This document shows, in pieces, positions 47,588-49,746 of a stretch of 49,746 nucleotides of DNA. Origin of the DNA: an uncultured Eubacteriales bacterium (GTDB lineage: Bacteria; Bacillota; Clostridia; Lachnospirales; CAZTAY01); contig CAZTAY010000003.1 of the NCBI GenBank assembly GCA_964611655.1, positions 1-49,746 on the forward strand. Direction: 5' to 3'. The position numbers and the translations under genes were made by a program. The notes beneath the pieces are model-generated. The model saw only the letters and a list, made by a program, of their open reading frames with translations. It had not been told where the DNA came from and searched no databases. The first letter of the stretch is position 1; each line of letters starts with the position of its first letter.

Positions 47588-48736
47588 ATGAAAAAGATTA
47601 TTTTAATAACTATTATTTCTTTGCTTTTATCTAATTGCGCCTTTGCCTCTATTTTTACTGATCTACCAGAGAATCACTGGGCATATAGTGAAATTATGAA
47701 CATGAAAAATTTAGGTGCTATTAAAGGATTGCCTGACGGAAGGTTTAATCCAAGCGGATATATAACACGTTCCGAATTTTCCACAATGCTTGTTAACACA
47801 TATAAACTTGCGAGCACTTCCGAAAAAGCAAAAAACTGCGGTTTTGATAACGCTAACCTATATATTAATGATGTTCCTCAAAGCCATTGGGCTTATGACA
47901 ATATTTTATTATGTGTCAAAAATGGCTATATTCTTCCTTATGAAAATCATACCTTTGTCCCAAGTGAACCTATGCTTCGTGAGGACGCGGCTTTTGCCCT
48001 AGCAGTTTTATATTTCTATGACCCTAAATATCTTGGAGAAGATGCAGATATCACGCCACTAAGCATCTTTAAAGATGCAGGTGAATTTGATCCTGATTTA
48101 AAAGGCATGGTCTCCGTTGCTGTTAAAAACAACTTAATGGTTGGAGCAAACGGTTTTTTCAGACCTGAATCCCCGCTTACAAGAGCAGAGGTTTGTTCCC
48201 TGCTTTACAGAGCATATACTACCTATGGCTTGCCTGTTGACAGCATAGGTTATGAATTTACCGAGCTTAATTCAAAACCTGAAACATCCGAAAATAAGGA
48301 GCAAAAACCAGAGCCATTTCAAGCTCCAGACACACAAAACGTTACTTCACAAATTGAAAAACGTGTATTTGATCTTACTAACGAAGCCAGAATTGCAGAA
48401 GGTCTTTCTCCATTATTATGGAGCGATGAATTAGCTAATGTTGCAAGAGCGCACAGCAAAGATATGCACGATAGGGATTATTTTAATCATACAAACCCTG
48501 AAGGCTTGTCGCCTTTTGACCGAATGAATAACGCAGGTATAACATTTTCACATGCTGCGGAAAACATTATAGCAGGCTACAACACAGCGGAGGATATTGT
48601 CAAAGGATGGCTAGATTCTCCGGGGCACAGAGCCAATATTCTGAACCCAGAACTTGAATACCTTGGTGTTGGTATATTCCAGGGAACAAATGGTTATGGG
48701 ATTTACGGAACACAGTGTTTTGCTACTTTGTATTAA
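47588..48736 (+). CDS. Secreted S-layer homology (3x SLH) plus CAP/SCP domain protein
   Basis: Signal peptide; FTDLPENHWA..F.P...ITRSEF, DVPQSHWA..LREDA, FRP..LTRAEV; CAP motifs LTNEAR..GLSPL, ARAHSKDM..YFNH, AENI, WLDSPGHRANIL. Confidence 0.92.
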   Translation: MKKIILITIISLLLSNCAFASIFTDLPENHWAYSEIMNMKNLGAIKGLPDGRFNPSGYITRSEFSTMLVNTYKLASTSEKAKNCGFDNANLYINDVPQSHWAYDNILLCVKNGYILPYENHTFVPSEPMLREDAAFALAVLYFYDPKYLGEDADITPLSIFKDAGEFDPDLKGMVSVAVKNNLMVGANGFFRPESPLTRAEVCSLLYRAYTTYGLPVDSIGYEFTELNSKPETSENKEQKPEPFQAPDTQNVTSQIEKRVFDLTNEARIAEGLSPLLWSDELANVARAHSKDMHDRDYFNHTNPEGLSPFDRMNNAGITFSHAAENIIAGYNTAEDIVKGWLDSPGHRANILNPELEYLGVGIFQGTNGYGIYGTQCFATLY

Positions 48737-48807
48737 AAAAAACCTTCCTATTTCTGCATTCAAGTTAGTGTTTATGTGCAGAATTTTACGAAGGTTTTTT
48801 ATTTTTT
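48737..48807 (+). terminator. Terminator hairpin after the SLH-CAP gene
   Basis: AAAAAACCTTC..TTCTGCAT / GTGCAGAA..GAAGGTTTTTT followed by ATTTTTT. Confidence 0.65.
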
Positions 48808-48885
48808 GTCAAAAACAATAAAATACCCAGTACAGGTTAATTTTTTATTTGTTTATTTCGATACATATTAAAAGGATGTGACTTT

Positions 48886-49374
48886 ATGCCATTCGAAATT
48901 GTAAAAAATGATATAACACAAATGCAAGTTGATGCAATTGTAAATGCGGCCAATAAATCACTACTTGGAGGAGGCGGAGTTGACGGAGCAATCCACAGTG
49001 CAGCAGGGCCTGAACTATTAATAGAATGTAAACTCCTTGGAGGCTGTGAAGTGGGTCAAGCAAAAATCACAAAAGGATTTTCTTTGCCTGCAAAGTACAT
49101 AATTCACACAGTCGGACCAATATGGTCAGGAGGTAACCAAAACGAACAACAATTGCTGAGAAATTGTTATTTAAATTCTCTGAAATTAGCAGAACAATAT
49201 AGTCTAAAGAGTATCTCATTTCCTATAATTTCATCAGGGGCTTTCGGCTATCCCAAGAAACAGGCGATTCAAGTTGCTATAACTGCAATTAAGGACTTTT
49301 TATCAAATAGTGATATATATGTCTATCTTGTAGCCTATGACAACGAAACTTTTAATGCTTGTTTAAAAATATAG
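48886..49374 (+). CDS. Macro domain protein (O-acetyl-ADP-ribose deacetylase, YmdB-like)
   Basis: DIT..VDAIVNAAN.SLLGGGGVDGAIH.AAG, HTVGP, FP.ISSGAFGYP. Confidence 0.93.
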   Translation: MPFEIVKNDITQMQVDAIVNAANKSLLGGGGVDGAIHSAAGPELLIECKLLGGCEVGQAKITKGFSLPAKYIIHTVGPIWSGGNQNEQQLLRNCYLNSLKLAEQYSLKSISFPIISSGAFGYPKKQAIQVAITAIKDFLSNSDIYVYLVAYDNETFNACLKI

Positions 49375-49410
49375 CGTTTGTTTTGATATTGACTGAAAAG
49401 AGGGAATTTT

Positions 49411-49746
49411 TTGAAAAACTCTAATATCAGGCTACCTTTTTTTCTTTTGATTTTCCTTTTTATAATAATTATCATATTTGTTATAATTCTATTTAACGCA
49501 GAAAGTGTTTATCACCAAACAAAATTCAGTCTTAGAAAAATTAATTTTATAGGTACTTATCAAACCCCAGGTTCAGAGCCCAAAGAACTAAAAGATGATA
49601 CCTTTATAAGTGTACATGATGGGGATAAATTAATTCTAAAGGGTCATTTCGACAACGATTTAGCTTTAAATTCTAGGATGTTTTTTAGAATACACAATCT
49701 CAAAGTAAAAGTATTAAAAAATAATGATATGATATATTCATTTGGT
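49411..49746 (+). CDS. Partial membrane protein, possibly the sensory N-terminus of a histidine kinase or diguanylate cyclase (runs off the window)
   Basis: Not in the ORF track; RBS AGAGGG and TTG start; open for 112 codons MKNSNIRLPFFLLIFLFIIIIIFVIILFNAES...IYSFG with one TM helix; function is a guess. Confidence 0.6.
   Translation, partial: MKNSNIRLPFFLLIFLFIIIIIFVIILFNAESVYHQTKFSLRKINFIGTYQTPGSEPKELKDDTFISVHDGDKLILKGHFDNDLALNSRMFFRIHNLKVKVLKNNDMIYSFG

Noticed and set aside
1-49746. CRISPR array, tRNA, rRNA, T-box or riboswitch
   Set aside because: No regularly spaced repeats or recognisable consensus was seen by eye in the intergenic regions; an Infernal/Rfam scan would be needed to exclude weak matches.

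Overview
AT-rich chromosomal window from an endospore-forming Clostridia-class firmicute; the lineage is inferred from gene content and order. It is mostly core genome: (i) a minus-strand run addB-rnhB-FliK-like-FlhB-like-yraN-pgeF-DUF512-der-plsY-gpsA; (ii) a desulfoferrodoxin-ferritin pair, then YtxC-like, NUDIX, hslO and a methyltransferase; (iii) pyrH-frr-uppS-cdsA-dxr-rseP-ispG-polC; (iv) a ~1 kb decayed mobile-element scar (integrase and SLOG/YspA remnants) followed by an orphan, apparently catalytically dead sugar-ABC ATPase; (v) a 15 kb pyruvylated secondary cell-wall polymer cluster (LCP, NAGPA-family glycosidase, flippase, wecC, two GT4, O-antigen-ligase-like, csaB, tagA); (vi) asnB. 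The most interesting signal is at 47056-47503. The dipicolinate synthase A gene (spoVFA/dpaA) has a good RBS, a sigK-like promoter and an undecayed frame, but stops directly after the conserved NAIPTA motif at an imperfect inverted repeat. Unrelated genes follow it (SLH-CAP protein, macro domain, membrane sensor). This fits the left end of a skin-like element that splits a sporulation gene and is excised during development; the recombinase and 3' half are not in the window, so this is inference. Three degenerate ~150-170 bp palindromic MITE-like elements sharing an internal motif are also present. No rRNA, tRNA or CRISPR array was seen. All family assignments come from motif recognition by eye, not database searches.
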